The notes under the pieces: generated by a model
Database searches by the model: none
Seen by the model: the letters and a program-made list of their open reading frames with translations, nothing else
What the model was told of the DNA's origin: nothing
Source: Thermoplasmata archaeon
GTDB lineage: Archaea; Thermoplasmatota; Thermoplasmata; Lutacidiplasmatales; UBA184
Direction of reading: 5' to 3'
NCBI GenBank assembly: GCA_022750115.1
Contig: JAKIWI010000001.1
Span: forward strand, 83,490-147,489
DNA: 64,000 bases
Made by a program: the position numbers and the translations under genes
Shown: piece by piece, positions 45,758 through 56,014 of the stretch
How positions within the stretch are numbered: position 1 is the first letter of the stretch
Layout: each line of letters starts with the position of its first letter

Positions 45758-47650
45758 ATGGACCCCGCGGTCGAGAAGGTCGCCGCGGAGAACGTCGAGG
45801 CGCTTCGCGACCCGGAGTCGTACTGGCGGTCCGCCGCGGATGAGCTCGATTGGTATGATCGCGTGGGCCCCGTGTTCGAGCCGCTCGAGGACCCGCCCTT
45901 CGGCCGGTGGTTCGCGGGTTGGACGACGAACCTCTCGGCGAACGCGACGGACCGAGTCCTCCGCGCCGGGGGGGGAGATCGGGTCGCGTACTTCTGGGAG
46001 GGCGAGAACGGCGACCGTCGAACGGTCCGCTACCGAGAGCTTCACACCGACGTCCTGCGGTGGGCCGCCCTCCTCCGCGACAGCGGCGTGAGCGCCGGCT
46101 CGCGGGTCACGATCTACCTGCCGATGATCCCAGAGCTGCCGGCGGCGATGCTCGCGTGCGCCCGGCTCGGGGCGATCCACTCCGTCGTCTTCGCGGGATT
46201 CGCCGAGTCGGCGCTCGTCGACCGGATCCAGGACTCGGCGAGCACGGTCGTCGTGACGGCGGACGGGGGCTACCGCCGCGGGAAGGTCGTGCCGCTCAAG
46301 GCGATCGTCGACGGGGCCGTGGCCCGCTGTCCGACGGTCCGGGCGGTACTCGTGGTCCGAAGGACCGGTCAGCCCGTCGAGATGCGGGACGGGCGAGACC
46401 GGATGTACGACCCGACAGCGACCCCGCCGGAGATCGCCCCGGTCCCTCGCGCGGGGGCCGACCCGACGTTCATCCTGTACACTTCCGGAACGACCGGCCG
46501 CCCGAAGGGGGTCACCCACGGCACCGGCGGCTACATGGTGTGGGTGCACCGCACGATGCAGCGCGTCTTCGGGACCACCGACCAGGATGTCTTCTGGTGC
46601 GCCGCCGACATCGGGTGGGTCACCGGTCACTCGTACATCGTCTACGGGCCGCTTCTGGTCGGTGCCACTTCGATCCTCTACGAGGGCGCGCCCGACCATC
46701 CCACGCCGAGCCGCTGGTGGGAGATCATCGAACGATACGGCGTCACGATCCTCTACACGTCGCCGACCGCGATCCGCCTCCACATGCGGAACGGGGAAAG
46801 CTGGCTCCGCGGCCACAACCTGGGCTCGCTCCGCCTCCTGGGGAGCGTGGGGGAGGCGATCAACCCCGAAGCGTGGCGGTGGTACCACGCCCACATCGGC
46901 GTTTCGCGGTGCCCGGTCGTCGACACCTGGTGGCAAACCGAGACGGGCGCGGCGATGGTCTCACCGCAGGCCGGCGGGACCCTCGTCGCCCAGAGGCCGG
47001 GCTCCGCGACGCTCCCCTTGCCGGGCGCCGACGTCCAAGTCGTGCGACCGGACGGGACCCCGACGGACCCGGACGAACGGGGAGTCGTTGTGATCGCCCG
47101 GCCGTGGCCCGGCGAGATGTTGGGTCTCTGGAACGACGCCGACCGGTTCCGTTCCGCCTACTTCGAGAAGTTCCCGGGGCGATATTCGGCCGGCGACTAC
47201 GCACGGGTCGATCCGGACGGCTACTTCTGGTTCCTCGGACGGGCGGACGAGGTTCTGAAGGTCGCGGGCCACCGACTCGGAACGATCGAGCTGGAGAACG
47301 TGCTGATCGGCCACCCATCGGTCGCCGAGTCCGCGGTCGTCGGCGTGCCGGACGAGCTGAAGGGCGAAGTCCCGTTCGCCGTCGTCGTCCTACGGCCGGG
47401 CTCTGTCCCGAGCCCCGAGCTCGAGGCCGAGCTCCGACGGCGGGTGCGCGAGGCGATCGGGGGCTTGGCGGAGCCCCGGACCGTCCGGTTCGTTCGTCAG
47501 CTCCCGAAGACCCGGTCCGGAAAGATCATGCGGCGAGTGGTCGCCGCGGTCGCCCGAGGAGGCGACATCGGCGACGTGAGCACGCTCGAGGATGACGCTA
47601 CGGTCGATGAGGTGCGCGCGGCGGTCGCGACCCTCCAGCACGAGGTCTAA
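45758..47650 (+). CDS. acs: acetyl-CoA / short-chain acyl-CoA synthetase (AMP-forming)
   Basis: 630 aa with the AMP-binding motif YTSGTTGRPKGV and ACS-like N- and C-terminal regions. Confidence 0.85.
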   Translation: MDPAVEKVAAENVEALRDPESYWRSAADELDWYDRVGPVFEPLEDPPFGRWFAGWTTNLSANATDRVLRAGGGDRVAYFWEGENGDRRTVRYRELHTDVLRWAALLRDSGVSAGSRVTIYLPMIPELPAAMLACARLGAIHSVVFAGFAESALVDRIQDSASTVVVTADGGYRRGKVVPLKAIVDGAVARCPTVRAVLVVRRTGQPVEMRDGRDRMYDPTATPPEIAPVPRAGADPTFILYTSGTTGRPKGVTHGTGGYMVWVHRTMQRVFGTTDQDVFWCAADIGWVTGHSYIVYGPLLVGATSILYEGAPDHPTPSRWWEIIERYGVTILYTSPTAIRLHMRNGESWLRGHNLGSLRLLGSVGEAINPEAWRWYHAHIGVSRCPVVDTWWQTETGAAMVSPQAGGTLVAQRPGSATLPLPGADVQVVRPDGTPTDPDERGVVVIARPWPGEMLGLWNDADRFRSAYFEKFPGRYSAGDYARVDPDGYFWFLGRADEVLKVAGHRLGTIELENVLIGHPSVAESAVVGVPDELKGEVPFAVVVLRPGSVPSPELEAELRRRVREAIGGLAEPRTVRFVRQLPKTRSGKIMRRVVAAVARGGDIGDVSTLEDDATVDEVRAAVATLQHEV

Positions 47651-47864
47651 CTCTCGCTGAGCACCGGCGGGGCGAGAACGGGTGCGGATTCGGCGCCAAG
47701 CCGAGCGAACTGCAGGACGTGCGAGGACCAGAGGGCAGCTAGTCGACCAGCTCCGGGCGCCGAGGTTCGCCCCACGGGATCCGGTGATCGGTCCCGGAAC
47801 TCCGGCCCGGAATGCTGGGCGGCCGCCGCCCGGGGCCGGAGCGAGACCTAGATGAATCCGCGCC

Positions 47865-48989
47865 ATGTCGGAGGCCCTCGAAGGAGGGAGCGTGTTGGGT
47901 CGGGGGGAAGCGGCGATCGATGGACCGAGCCTTGGAATCCTGATGACGGTGTTCCACCGCGCGGGGTTCTATCGCGACGCGCTCGAGAGCGTTGCCGCCC
48001 AATCCGGTTCGCTTCCGCCCGTCGAGCTGGTCGTGGTCTCGAGCTCGGACATGTCGGTCGATGTGCCCGCGACGCTTCGAGCGCGAGGCTGGAAGTGCCA
48101 GGTCCTGAAGAACGACTCCGTGGGGGAAGGGCCGTTCCTCGCTCCAGGGTTGGAGCGACTTGGAAGCGACTTCATCCTCCCGCTCGACGACGATGACATC
48201 TGGGAGCCGGGGCGACTTGCGCACGTCGCGGAGGTCCTTCGGCAACACCCCCGGGCTTCGTACTATCACAACGGGCAGTCGTTCGTGGACGCGCTGGGAG
48301 CCCCCTTGCCCCCGGACCGGGCGCTGCGAGGGCTGCGCCGGCTCTCGGGCGTGCCGCAAGGAGGCCTTCGGGCCTTGAGTCGCGAAGACCTCCGACGTCA
48401 CCGCGGTGGGCTGAGTCGGTGGGGATCGGTGTTCAACAACAGCTCCGTCGCCATCCGTCGACGCGCGCTCACCTCCTGCCTCGACGAGCTGAGCCGAGCC
48501 GAATGGTTGTTCGACCTGTTCATGTTCTATGCTGGAGTCTGCGATTGCGAACAGGTCCTGTTCGACTCGTCCCCCCAGACACGGTATCGCATCCACGCCT
48601 GGAACCGCTCGCGGGGGGCGCAGACTCTCGGGCGATTCGAGTCGGCGACCCCCTCGCGCAGCCGGGAGGGTCGGCTCGCGACGCTGGGGGTCCTTCACGA
48701 GATGGTCGCGCGCAGGGGTCCGTCGTGGCTCCTCGACTGGGTCGAACACGATCAGGTCTACTTCGACGCCCTCGAGGCGCTCCGGGAGGGAGACTCCGAC
48801 CGACTGGAGACTGCGCGCCGGGTCGGCCGACTGATTCGATACGTGGGCTACTCGGACCCACTCATGAACCTCGTTCTGAGTCTCACCTCGCTCGCCCAGC
48901 TCGCGGCGCCTCAGTTGGTCAGTCGAGCGTATTGGACGAAACACGGGGTCGACCGTCGCGCCGGCTCGCCCGCCTCGGAAGCCAGGTGA
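47865..48989 (+). CDS. glycosyltransferase family 2-like protein
   Basis: GT-A N-terminus (LGILMTVFHRAGFYRDALESV) with a DDDD acidic motif (ILPLDDDDIWEP). Confidence 0.55.
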   Translation: MSEALEGGSVLGRGEAAIDGPSLGILMTVFHRAGFYRDALESVAAQSGSLPPVELVVVSSSDMSVDVPATLRARGWKCQVLKNDSVGEGPFLAPGLERLGSDFILPLDDDDIWEPGRLAHVAEVLRQHPRASYYHNGQSFVDALGAPLPPDRALRGLRRLSGVPQGGLRALSREDLRRHRGGLSRWGSVFNNSSVAIRRRALTSCLDELSRAEWLFDLFMFYAGVCDCEQVLFDSSPQTRYRIHAWNRSRGAQTLGRFESATPSRSREGRLATLGVLHEMVARRGPSWLLDWVEHDQVYFDALEALREGDSDRLETARRVGRLIRYVGYSDPLMNLVLSLTSLAQLAAPQLVSRAYWTKHGVDRRAGSPASEAR

Positions 48990-51900
48990 GGACGACCAGG
49001 ACCGCGATCAAGCCCACCCCTTGGACCCAGGATGCCTCAAGGCCCAGGATCAGGTAGGTCCGAAAGTGGAACGTGACCACGGCTCCGGGATCCCCACCGA
49101 CGAGTTCCACGACGTTCGCAAGCGGGGTACCCGACAGCACGCGGACCGCCGCGCCTGACGTGGCGGACGGGACCCAGAGGGAGTTCTCGGGGAATCCCAG
49201 TACGGCGAACTCTGGACTGCTCTTATTCGCACCGCCAGCGGCCGACACCACGACGTCTCCGCTGGGAGTCACCCGACCGTCGACCGACACCGCCGGCGCC
49301 GAGGTGGGAGAGGTGCCGGCCGAGTCGATCAAGAGTCGCACCGACGGTGGGCGGACGACCTGGGCCGATGCGATGCACGAAGTTCCGCCGACGATGCCGA
49401 CGGAGACATTCGCCACGGGAATGCGGGTCTCGCCCGGTGGCACGGCGCTGGCGTTGAAGCCGGGATTCGACTCGTCGGTGCTCGAGTTCCCGAAGAGGAT
49501 GGCACTCGAGGAGGTGGAACCGCCCGCGCTGACCGTCGCGCCTGCCGAGCTGGCATTCCACGTGAGGACCAAGGCGAACGATTGGTTCGGCGCGAGCGAG
49601 GCCGGCAGAAACACGTTCTCCCAGGCGAACGGCACCGAGTCCGAGCTCGCGCTGAGGCTGAGGCTCGCGGTGCCACCCGCACCGGGCTGGAACACCTCCG
49701 CCAACAGACCGAGGCGGCCGACCGAGAGCTGGATATTGACCCAATCTTGGGAAGCGAGCGACGAGAACGAGCCGTTCAACCCGACGAAGGCGGGAGCCGA
49801 GTCCATGCCAGTCGCGTAGAGTGCCGGAAAGGTGCCGTCGGCGGTACAGAACCCGCTCGCGCTCCGATTCGTCGCGCTCCCCCAATCTTGGGCGCTGTCG
49901 GTTGAGCGTTCGACATCGCCGCTGATGATGACGGTGTTGGCGCCCCAGGCGTACTGCGTGCCGTTGGACGTGCAGAAGCCCGATCGACACGGCACGGCGG
50001 ACCAGGATCCGTCGGCATCGACGACGCTCGCCGCGCTTCCGGCGGGCGCCGAAATCGTCGACGACGGGCCGGCGACGACGGTAGGGTGGAGTCGCCAGCC
50101 GGGGAGCGATGAGTTGGGGTCCCAAACGGCGCTCGCCAGGCTTGCCGCCCAGCTCGGGGGCCCACTCCGAACGCTTCCGAGAAGCGCGAACGCCGTGGCC
50201 GGATCCGAAGTGTCAATCGAGGTGATCGAGCTCGTGGCCCATCCGAGGGGCAGCGCGTGGGGCACAGAGTAGACCGTGAACCTGCCCACGGCCGATCCGG
50301 GGCCGAGCTGGGTGGGAAGGGCCGCGAGGAACGCCCGCCAGTCGATGGGGGCCCCGTTGGGCGCCTCGTTCATCGCGGGTGCGGAGACGTTGGCAAACGG
50401 GTTCACGACGACGGACGCGACGTGGAGGCTGTCGAGCAGCGCCGAGAGGTTGGTCGGTGTCCCGAGGGCAAGGTCCTCCTCCAACGCGGCGGCCAGGATC
50501 CCGGTGTCCGCCTCGACGATCGGGTACGGGATGTACGAGGCCAAGAGGTTCGAGGTATCCAGGAACTGCCGGCCGCCCAGGTTCAGGAACGGACCCTCCT
50601 GCGAGCTCATCGGAACGATGAGAACGAAGGAGTTGGGCCCGTTCGCCGGCGTTCCGAAATACCGGGCGAGGGCGGAGAATGACGGAGGAACCGCCACGGT
50701 GTCGGCGTTCGGCCCGGAGGTTTGGTAGACGTCCCCGACCACGAACGGTGCGGCGCTGAGGAGGAGGAGCACGATGACGGCGGCGGCAACTAGGACGGAC
50801 GGGCTCCGAGTCGCGGGGCGCGACCCGATCGCCTCAGCGGATGGGGGCGACGCCGGGCTACGCCCCGCCGGCACACGTTCGCGCAGGGTCTCGTACAGTC
50901 CGACGACGGGAACAAGGAGGTAGACGGGTCCGATGATGTAGTACGCTGCAACGAGGACGAGGAAGGGCCCGCCGAGAGCGAGCAGCCTGAGATTCCAGCT
51001 GGCGATCGGTTCTGTCCCGGCACCGATCAAGAACGGAACGGCGAAGAGCCCGACCGTGTAGACGAACAACGACCCCGGGCTCGTGCGGAGGCGCACGGCC
51101 CCGAGCACGATGAGGAGCGGGAACACGACCGCTGCCGCCGCGACGACCGGCAGGATCGCGACCCAGGGGTAGGCGGAGGGCGTGGCCCGCAGCCAGGAGA
51201 ATGCCGTCAGGGTCACGACCGGGTACGGTCCCCAGGTCCACGCGGCGGCGTGGTAGATCTGTACGAGATTCGTGGGATTGACGTAATTGTTGTTCGAGTA
51301 CGCTACTTTCGGAAGGGCCAGCAGCGGGACGAACCCCCACGCCTCGAGACCAAGGCCGACCCCGAGCAGCACCGCGGTCTTTCCCACGCGTCGGCGCAAG
51401 CGGACGAGCGGGGACGGTCGCCGGAGCCACACGGCGGCGACCCCGCCGAGTAGGATGAACGTCAACGGAACGGCAAACGACGAGACGACGCCGGGAGCGA
51501 GGTAGGTTCCCAAAAGCACGACCGCCGCGGCGAACCGAAGGGGAATTCGGGTCTCGAACGCGACCCGGACGACGAGGGCCATCGCCCAGGGCAGGAACGC
51601 CAGGAACGGCGCCCATCCTTCCACATGCCAAAACGTGACCGTCAGGGTGAACGGATTGTACACGTACACGAGCGCGGCCGCCCCGAACACCCATCCAGGC
51701 AGTGAGCGGGGGGTCCCGCGCAGCCCCTCGATGCTGCGGAGCAGAACGACGATCCCAGCGGCCGCAAGTCCGACGAAGATGGCGAGCAAAAATCTCTGGC
51801 TCACCCAGTCGGGTGAGCCGAGGGACTCGAACGCCCGAAGCGTCGCGTCGAGGTAGAAATTCGGGGTGAAATCTGGGACGGGGAAGCTGGAGGAATACAG

Positions 51901-52212
51901 GTAGCTGTACGGGACGAACGGAGTGTCGTTGAAGGAAAACGGCTGGACCGTTCGCACCGAATCCTGACCGTAGAGCAGCTCGCCGTACGGTCGGCCCCAC
52001 AGGAACGGCCCGACCGCGGCCACCACGACGTAGGTCCACGGCGAACGGGCAAAACTCGCCAGCGCGCCTATCAGGAGCGCAACGAGACGAGGGGTTGCGC
52101 GGCCAGAGTTTCCCGGATGCGGTTCCCCCACAGATTCGGTCGGCTCGTCCGAAGGTTCCGTCCCCGAGCGCGTGGGGCTGGAGGCCGGGGTGTCGGGGGA
52201 GCTGATTTCCAC
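48919..52212 (-). CDS. giant polytopic membrane protein, GT-C-like putative glycosyltransferase (AftD / DUF3367-like architecture)
   Basis: About 1100 aa. A block of about 11 N-terminal TM helices. A large extracytoplasmic sequon-rich C-terminal region of about 600 aa. A final C-terminal TM helix. Start reassigned to a GTG near 52212; the upstream 100 codons of the ORF are Arg-rich. Family assignment is from architecture only. Confidence 0.45.
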   Translation of the reverse strand: MEISSPDTPASSPTRSGTEPSDEPTESVGEPHPGNSGRATPRLVALLIGALASFARSPWTYVVVAAVGPFLWGRPYGELLYGQDSVRTVQPFSFNDTPFVPYSYLYSSSFPVPDFTPNFYLDATLRAFESLGSPDWVSQRFLLAIFVGLAAAGIVVLLRSIEGLRGTPRSLPGWVFGAAALVYVYNPFTLTVTFWHVEGWAPFLAFLPWAMALVVRVAFETRIPLRFAAAVVLLGTYLAPGVVSSFAVPLTFILLGGVAAVWLRRPSPLVRLRRRVGKTAVLLGVGLGLEAWGFVPLLALPKVAYSNNNYVNPTNLVQIYHAAAWTWGPYPVVTLTAFSWLRATPSAYPWVAILPVVAAAAVVFPLLIVLGAVRLRTSPGSLFVYTVGLFAVPFLIGAGTEPIASWNLRLLALGGPFLVLVAAYYIIGPVYLLVPVVGLYETLRERVPAGRSPASPPSAEAIGSRPATRSPSVLVAAAVIVLLLLSAAPFVVGDVYQTSGPNADTVAVPPSFSALARYFGTPANGPNSFVLIVPMSSQEGPFLNLGGRQFLDTSNLLASYIPYPIVEADTGILAAALEEDLALGTPTNLSALLDSLHVASVVVNPFANVSAPAMNEAPNGAPIDWRAFLAALPTQLGPGSAVGRFTVYSVPHALPLGWATSSITSIDTSDPATAFALLGSVRSGPPSWAASLASAVWDPNSSLPGWRLHPTVVAGPSSTISAPAGSAASVVDADGSWSAVPCRSGFCTSNGTQYAWGANTVIISGDVERSTDSAQDWGSATNRSASGFCTADGTFPALYATGMDSAPAFVGLNGSFSSLASQDWVNIQLSVGRLGLLAEVFQPGAGGTASLSLSASSDSVPFAWENVFLPASLAPNQSFALVLTWNASSAGATVSAGGSTSSSAILFGNSSTDESNPGFNASAVPPGETRIPVANVSVGIVGGTSCIASAQVVRPPSVRLLIDSAGTSPTSAPAVSVDGRVTPSGDVVVSAAGGANKSSPEFAVLGFPENSLWVPSATSGAAVRVLSGTPLANVVELVGGDPGAVVTFHFRTYLILGLEASWVQGVGLIAVLVVLTWLPRRASRRDGRPRVSSNTLD

Positions 52213-52240
52213 GGGACGACCCGAACACTCGGTCGCACGC

Positions 52241-52246
52241 TTATCA
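52241..52246. promoter_or_regulatory. shared bidirectional TATA-like element (TTATCA / TGATAA) between divergent genes
   Basis: It lies 27 nt from the minus-strand GTG (52212) and 34 nt from the plus-strand GTG (52281). Confidence 0.3.
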
Positions 52247-52280
52247 CGGTTCGGCCCGTCCGGAACTCCGGAGAACCCGC

Positions 52281-53288
52281 GTGCGTTTCGCCATCGTTTG
52301 TGACCCGCCCGAACGCGTGACCGGCGGCATCGAACGTCACGCTCGCAGCCTGTCGGAAGAGCTGGCGCGCAGGGGCCACACCACCGTCGGGATCGCCCCG
52401 GCTGAAGTGTCGAAGGACTCCCTTCGGGGGTTCGACTGGGTCGTCTTCGAGGGGGTACGAAGGCTCGTCTTGCTCCGTCACCTTCGGTCGATGCCCCGCG
52501 GGCAGCGTCTCGCACTGTTCACCCATGGTTCCTTCCTCGAGGAGACTCACCCGACCGAGATCCGGAACGCTGGAGGACGATCACCGAGCCCGACCGTGCG
52601 TGCTCGGGCCGCCTACGACCGCACACTCGGTCGGGCCGTGTTTGGGCGGTTCGACCGTGTGTTCGTTCTGACCGAGTCGGAACGCGACGACATCATCCCA
52701 TTCCTAGATCTCTCGCCAAGTCGCGTCCACGTCAACCCGCTCTTCATTTCGGCAGAATTCCAACACGCGGTCGGGAGCCCTCCCCTGCCATCTCCCGCGC
52801 CAACGCCCTACGTTTGCGCAGTCGGCCGCATTGAACCCCGCAAGAACTTTGCCCGACTTCTTTCGGCCGTCGCCCCACTTCCGGTTCGTCTTCTCCTGGC
52901 AGGTCAGGACCGGGGGGCGCTCGCGCAACTTCGAGAGTTCTCGACCGCCGCGCACCTCGACGAGCGGTGGCGCTATCTAGGACGGGTCAGCGAGACCGAG
53001 AAGGTCGCCCTGCTTCGAGGCGCACGATGCGTCGTCGTGTCCTCTTTCCTGGAGGGGGTGCCCACCGTCGCGCTCGAGGCTCGCTCCCTGGGTCGCATCG
53101 TAGTGCTCTCGGGGCTCGCGTACGGGCCGGAGGGACCGGGGGTGGTTCGGAGCCCCGCCACCGTCGAAGGGCTGCGGAGTGCGATCGGGCAGTCGATCCG
53201 AGCGGACGACGTCCCTCCATCCCGACCGCCCGGAGTGGAGGAGAGCACGGAGGCGTTCCTGCGTGATCTCCAGGCGCCGGCGTCGTAG
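52281..53288 (+). CDS. glycosyltransferase family 4
   Basis: 335 aa, GT-B fold with the EX7E region (..VVSSFLEGVPTVALEARSLGRIVV..). Confidence 0.75.
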   Translation: MRFAIVCDPPERVTGGIERHARSLSEELARRGHTTVGIAPAEVSKDSLRGFDWVVFEGVRRLVLLRHLRSMPRGQRLALFTHGSFLEETHPTEIRNAGGRSPSPTVRARAAYDRTLGRAVFGRFDRVFVLTESERDDIIPFLDLSPSRVHVNPLFISAEFQHAVGSPPLPSPAPTPYVCAVGRIEPRKNFARLLSAVAPLPVRLLLAGQDRGALAQLREFSTAAHLDERWRYLGRVSETEKVALLRGARCVVVSSFLEGVPTVALEARSLGRIVVLSGLAYGPEGPGVVRSPATVEGLRSAIGQSIRADDVPPSRPPGVEESTEAFLRDLQAPAS

Positions 53289-53407
53289 GTCGCTCCGGGG
53301 GCGGGATCCACGGCCGCCCCTGGCGGGGGCAAGATTCACGGTCCGTCTCGACGGGGCGTCCGCGCCGACGTATCTATAAGGGGCGACCAACCCTTGTTAT
53401 CGACGAC

Positions 53408-54307
53408 GTGACGGGCGACGGCGCTGGGTCGGCGTTCGAGAGCGTGCGAACCACCCCGTGGGTCGACGCTCACCGCCGAGTGGCCATGGGGCACGACACC
53501 ATCGGATTGAGCGCCCCTGGCGCACCGAGTACCCCCGGGAACGCGACCTCGGGGTTCAGCCTGATCATTCCCGCCTGGAACGAGGAGGTTCGGCTGATGA
53601 AAACGCTCCGTCGCTACATCCCGGTGCTTCTGGCGAGGGGTGCGCCAACCGAGCTCATCATTGTCACCGACGGTTCTCAAGACCGGACCGCGGAAGTTGC
53701 CGCGGGATGGTCGGATTCCGGGGTTCGCGTTGTGCGCGCCGACAATCGGCTCGGCAAGGGGGGCGCGATCCGAGCCGGAATCCAGGTCGCCCGGTTCGAC
53801 CGGGTCGGGTTCGTCGACGCCGACGGTCCGGTGCCGCCCGAGGAGGTCATCGCGATGTTCCGAGAGCTCGACAACTTCGACTGCGTGGTCGGCTCCCGCT
53901 GGCTCCCGAAGAGCCGGGTCGTTACCCCGCAGCCTCTGCTCCGCCGCGCGTTCAGCCGCGCTTGGAACCTGCTCGTTCGAGCGACCCTCGGGATGCCGTT
54001 GTCGGATACCCAGTGCGGAGCGAAGGTATTCCGTCGCGCCACCGTCGAACACGCGCTCCCGAACATGGTCGTCACCAACTGGGCGTTCGACATCGACCTC
54101 CTTCAGCAGATTCGAAACTCTGGCGCAACGACCTCCGAATTCCCCGTGACCTGGAGCGACGATGCCGACAGTCGGCTCGTCATCTCTCGCGCAGTCCCGG
54201 CGATGATGATGGCGCTGTTGTCGGTTCGACTCCGGACCAAACCGCTGGCCCGCCGGATCCCGCAGACGTGGCGGGACTGGTACCGGGAACGATGGGTCGC
54301 GGGCTGA
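53408..54307 (+). CDS. glycosyltransferase family 2, dolichyl-phosphate hexose synthase-like (Dpm1/AglD-like)
   Basis: FSLIIPAWNEE..VTDGSQDRT..FVDADGPVPPEE DxD-type motifs. C-terminal amphipathic/TM segment. The start may be the internal Met near 53486. Confidence 0.7.
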   Translation: MTGDGAGSAFESVRTTPWVDAHRRVAMGHDTIGLSAPGAPSTPGNATSGFSLIIPAWNEEVRLMKTLRRYIPVLLARGAPTELIIVTDGSQDRTAEVAAGWSDSGVRVVRADNRLGKGGAIRAGIQVARFDRVGFVDADGPVPPEEVIAMFRELDNFDCVVGSRWLPKSRVVTPQPLLRRAFSRAWNLLVRATLGMPLSDTQCGAKVFRRATVEHALPNMVVTNWAFDIDLLQQIRNSGATTSEFPVTWSDDADSRLVISRAVPAMMMALLSVRLRTKPLARRIPQTWRDWYRERWVAG

Positions 54308-54434
54308 CGGGGCGCGCGCAGGCGGGCTCCGCGCGGACCATTCCGCGCCCGGCGAATCCGCAGCGACCCCGCCCTTCGGAGGGGTTCGGCACCCCGAAAC
54401 CGTACCCGGCTCGACATCCGTACGTCGGGTAGCG

Positions 54435-55517
54435 ATGCGAATCCTCTGGCTGAACCATCGCGATCCGGAGCACCCCCTGGCCGGGGGTGCCGAGCGCACC
54501 CTGTACGAAGTCGGCCGAAGGTTCGTCCTTGCGGGCCACGCCGTCGACGTCGTGAGCGGAGGCTGGCCGGGAGCGCCGGCGCGTTCGCAGATCGCGGGGA
54601 TGTCCGTCCGGCGATTCCCCACCGCGCTGCTGCCGCATGCAGTGCTCCCGCTCGTCCTTCGATCGAGGCCGCGACCGGAGTTCGTGATCGACGACCTCGC
54701 GCATGTCCTGCCATGGGGAACCCCTCGGCTGTCGCATCTCGACGGGGCCGTCTTCTTCCGACACCTTCACGCCCGGACACTTCCGGGCCAAGTGGGCAAC
54801 GCCTCCGCGGCGCTCCTCACACGGATCGAACGGTCGTACGCTCGAATCTACGCCGAGCGGCCGTTCGTCACGGAGACGCCGGGTTCTGCGCGGGACCTGG
54901 AGTCGCTCGGAATCGTCAGGAGTCGCTGCCGGGTCATCCTCCCCGGGGTGGATGCCCACCGCTTCCAGCCGGGCGCGCGCGGCCTCCGACCTCGCATGGT
55001 CTACTTCGGCGGGATGCGGCCCTACAAGCGACCCGAGCACGCCCTCCGGGCATTCGGACTCGTACGGAGGACGCGACCCGACGCGGAGCTCTCGGTCGTC
55101 GGCGACGGTCCCGAGCTTCCGAGGCTTCAGCGGTCCGCGCGCGAGCTGGGACTCCAGTCGAACGTCACCTTTCACGGGCGGGTCCCCCCGGAGCAGCTCC
55201 CGTCGATTCTCCAGAGCAGTTGGGTCAACATCCATTGTGCCGTCGCCGAGGGGTGGGCCTATTCGATCCTCGAGGCGGCCGCCTGCGGAGTCCCGACCGT
55301 GGCGTACCGAGTCCCGCACCTCGAGGATTCGGTCGTCGAGGGCCAAACCGCGAGGCTCACGCCCGACGGGGATCCCGCAGGACTGGCGGCCGCATTGGAC
55401 GACGTCCTGGGAGACATCGAGACCTGGGCCCGCCGCGCGCGGGCGTACGCCGAGACACTCCCGTGGTCCAACACGGCCGACCAGTGGACCACCTCTCTGA
55501 ATCAGTTCGTGTCGTAG
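54435..55517 (+). CDS. glycosyltransferase family 4
   Basis: 360 aa, GT-B fold (..ILWLNHRDPEHPLAGGAERTLYEV.., ..CAVAEGWAYSILEAAACGVPTVAYRV..). Confidence 0.8.
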   Translation: MRILWLNHRDPEHPLAGGAERTLYEVGRRFVLAGHAVDVVSGGWPGAPARSQIAGMSVRRFPTALLPHAVLPLVLRSRPRPEFVIDDLAHVLPWGTPRLSHLDGAVFFRHLHARTLPGQVGNASAALLTRIERSYARIYAERPFVTETPGSARDLESLGIVRSRCRVILPGVDAHRFQPGARGLRPRMVYFGGMRPYKRPEHALRAFGLVRRTRPDAELSVVGDGPELPRLQRSARELGLQSNVTFHGRVPPEQLPSILQSSWVNIHCAVAEGWAYSILEAAACGVPTVAYRVPHLEDSVVEGQTARLTPDGDPAGLAAALDDVLGDIETWARRARAYAETLPWSNTADQWTTSLNQFVS

Positions 55518-55609
55518 CCACTGCCTCGCCACCCCTTCGACTCTCGGGCACCGGGCGGAACGAAGATCAATCGACGCGAGCGAGATTCTTGCGAGAATTC
55601 GGAGGCGGC

Positions 55610-56014
55610 CTAGTGACCTGGGCTGGCGACGGCGACGAACTTTCTGTACTCGTCGGCCGAAAGTGTCGCGACGTCTTGGCCGGGCGGTTGGACCCGGATC
55701 CGGAACAGCCATCCGTCGCCGTACGGGGCCCGATTGACCAATTCCGGGTGGGCCTTGAGCGAGTCGTTCACGGCGCTCACCGAACCGCCGAACGGGGCGT
55801 ACACGTCGGCGACCGTCTTGACGGATTCGATGACCATGACGGAACCGTCGGCGGTGACCGTCGCACCGAGCTTCGGGAGGTCGACGAACACGACGTCAGT
55901 CAACTCCTGCTGGGCGTGGTCGGTGATGCCCACGGTCGCCTCGTCCCCCACGATGCGGATCCATTCGTGGCTGCGGGTGTACCGCAGCTCCGGCGGAACC
56001 GCCCCTTCGGTCAC
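55610..56014 (-). CDS. gcvH: glycine cleavage system H protein (lipoyl carrier)
   Basis: Lipoyl-lysine motif ESVKTVADVYAPFGG. The N-terminus (PELRYTRSHEWIR) matches GcvH. GTG start with a GGAGG box 7 nt upstream. The six-frame ORF 55610..56704 is over-extended. Confidence 0.8.
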   Translation of the reverse strand: MTEGAVPPELRYTRSHEWIRIVGDEATVGITDHAQQELTDVVFVDLPKLGATVTADGSVMVIESVKTVADVYAPFGGSVSAVNDSLKAHPELVNRAPYGDGWLFRIRVQPPGQDVATLSADEYRKFVAVASPGH

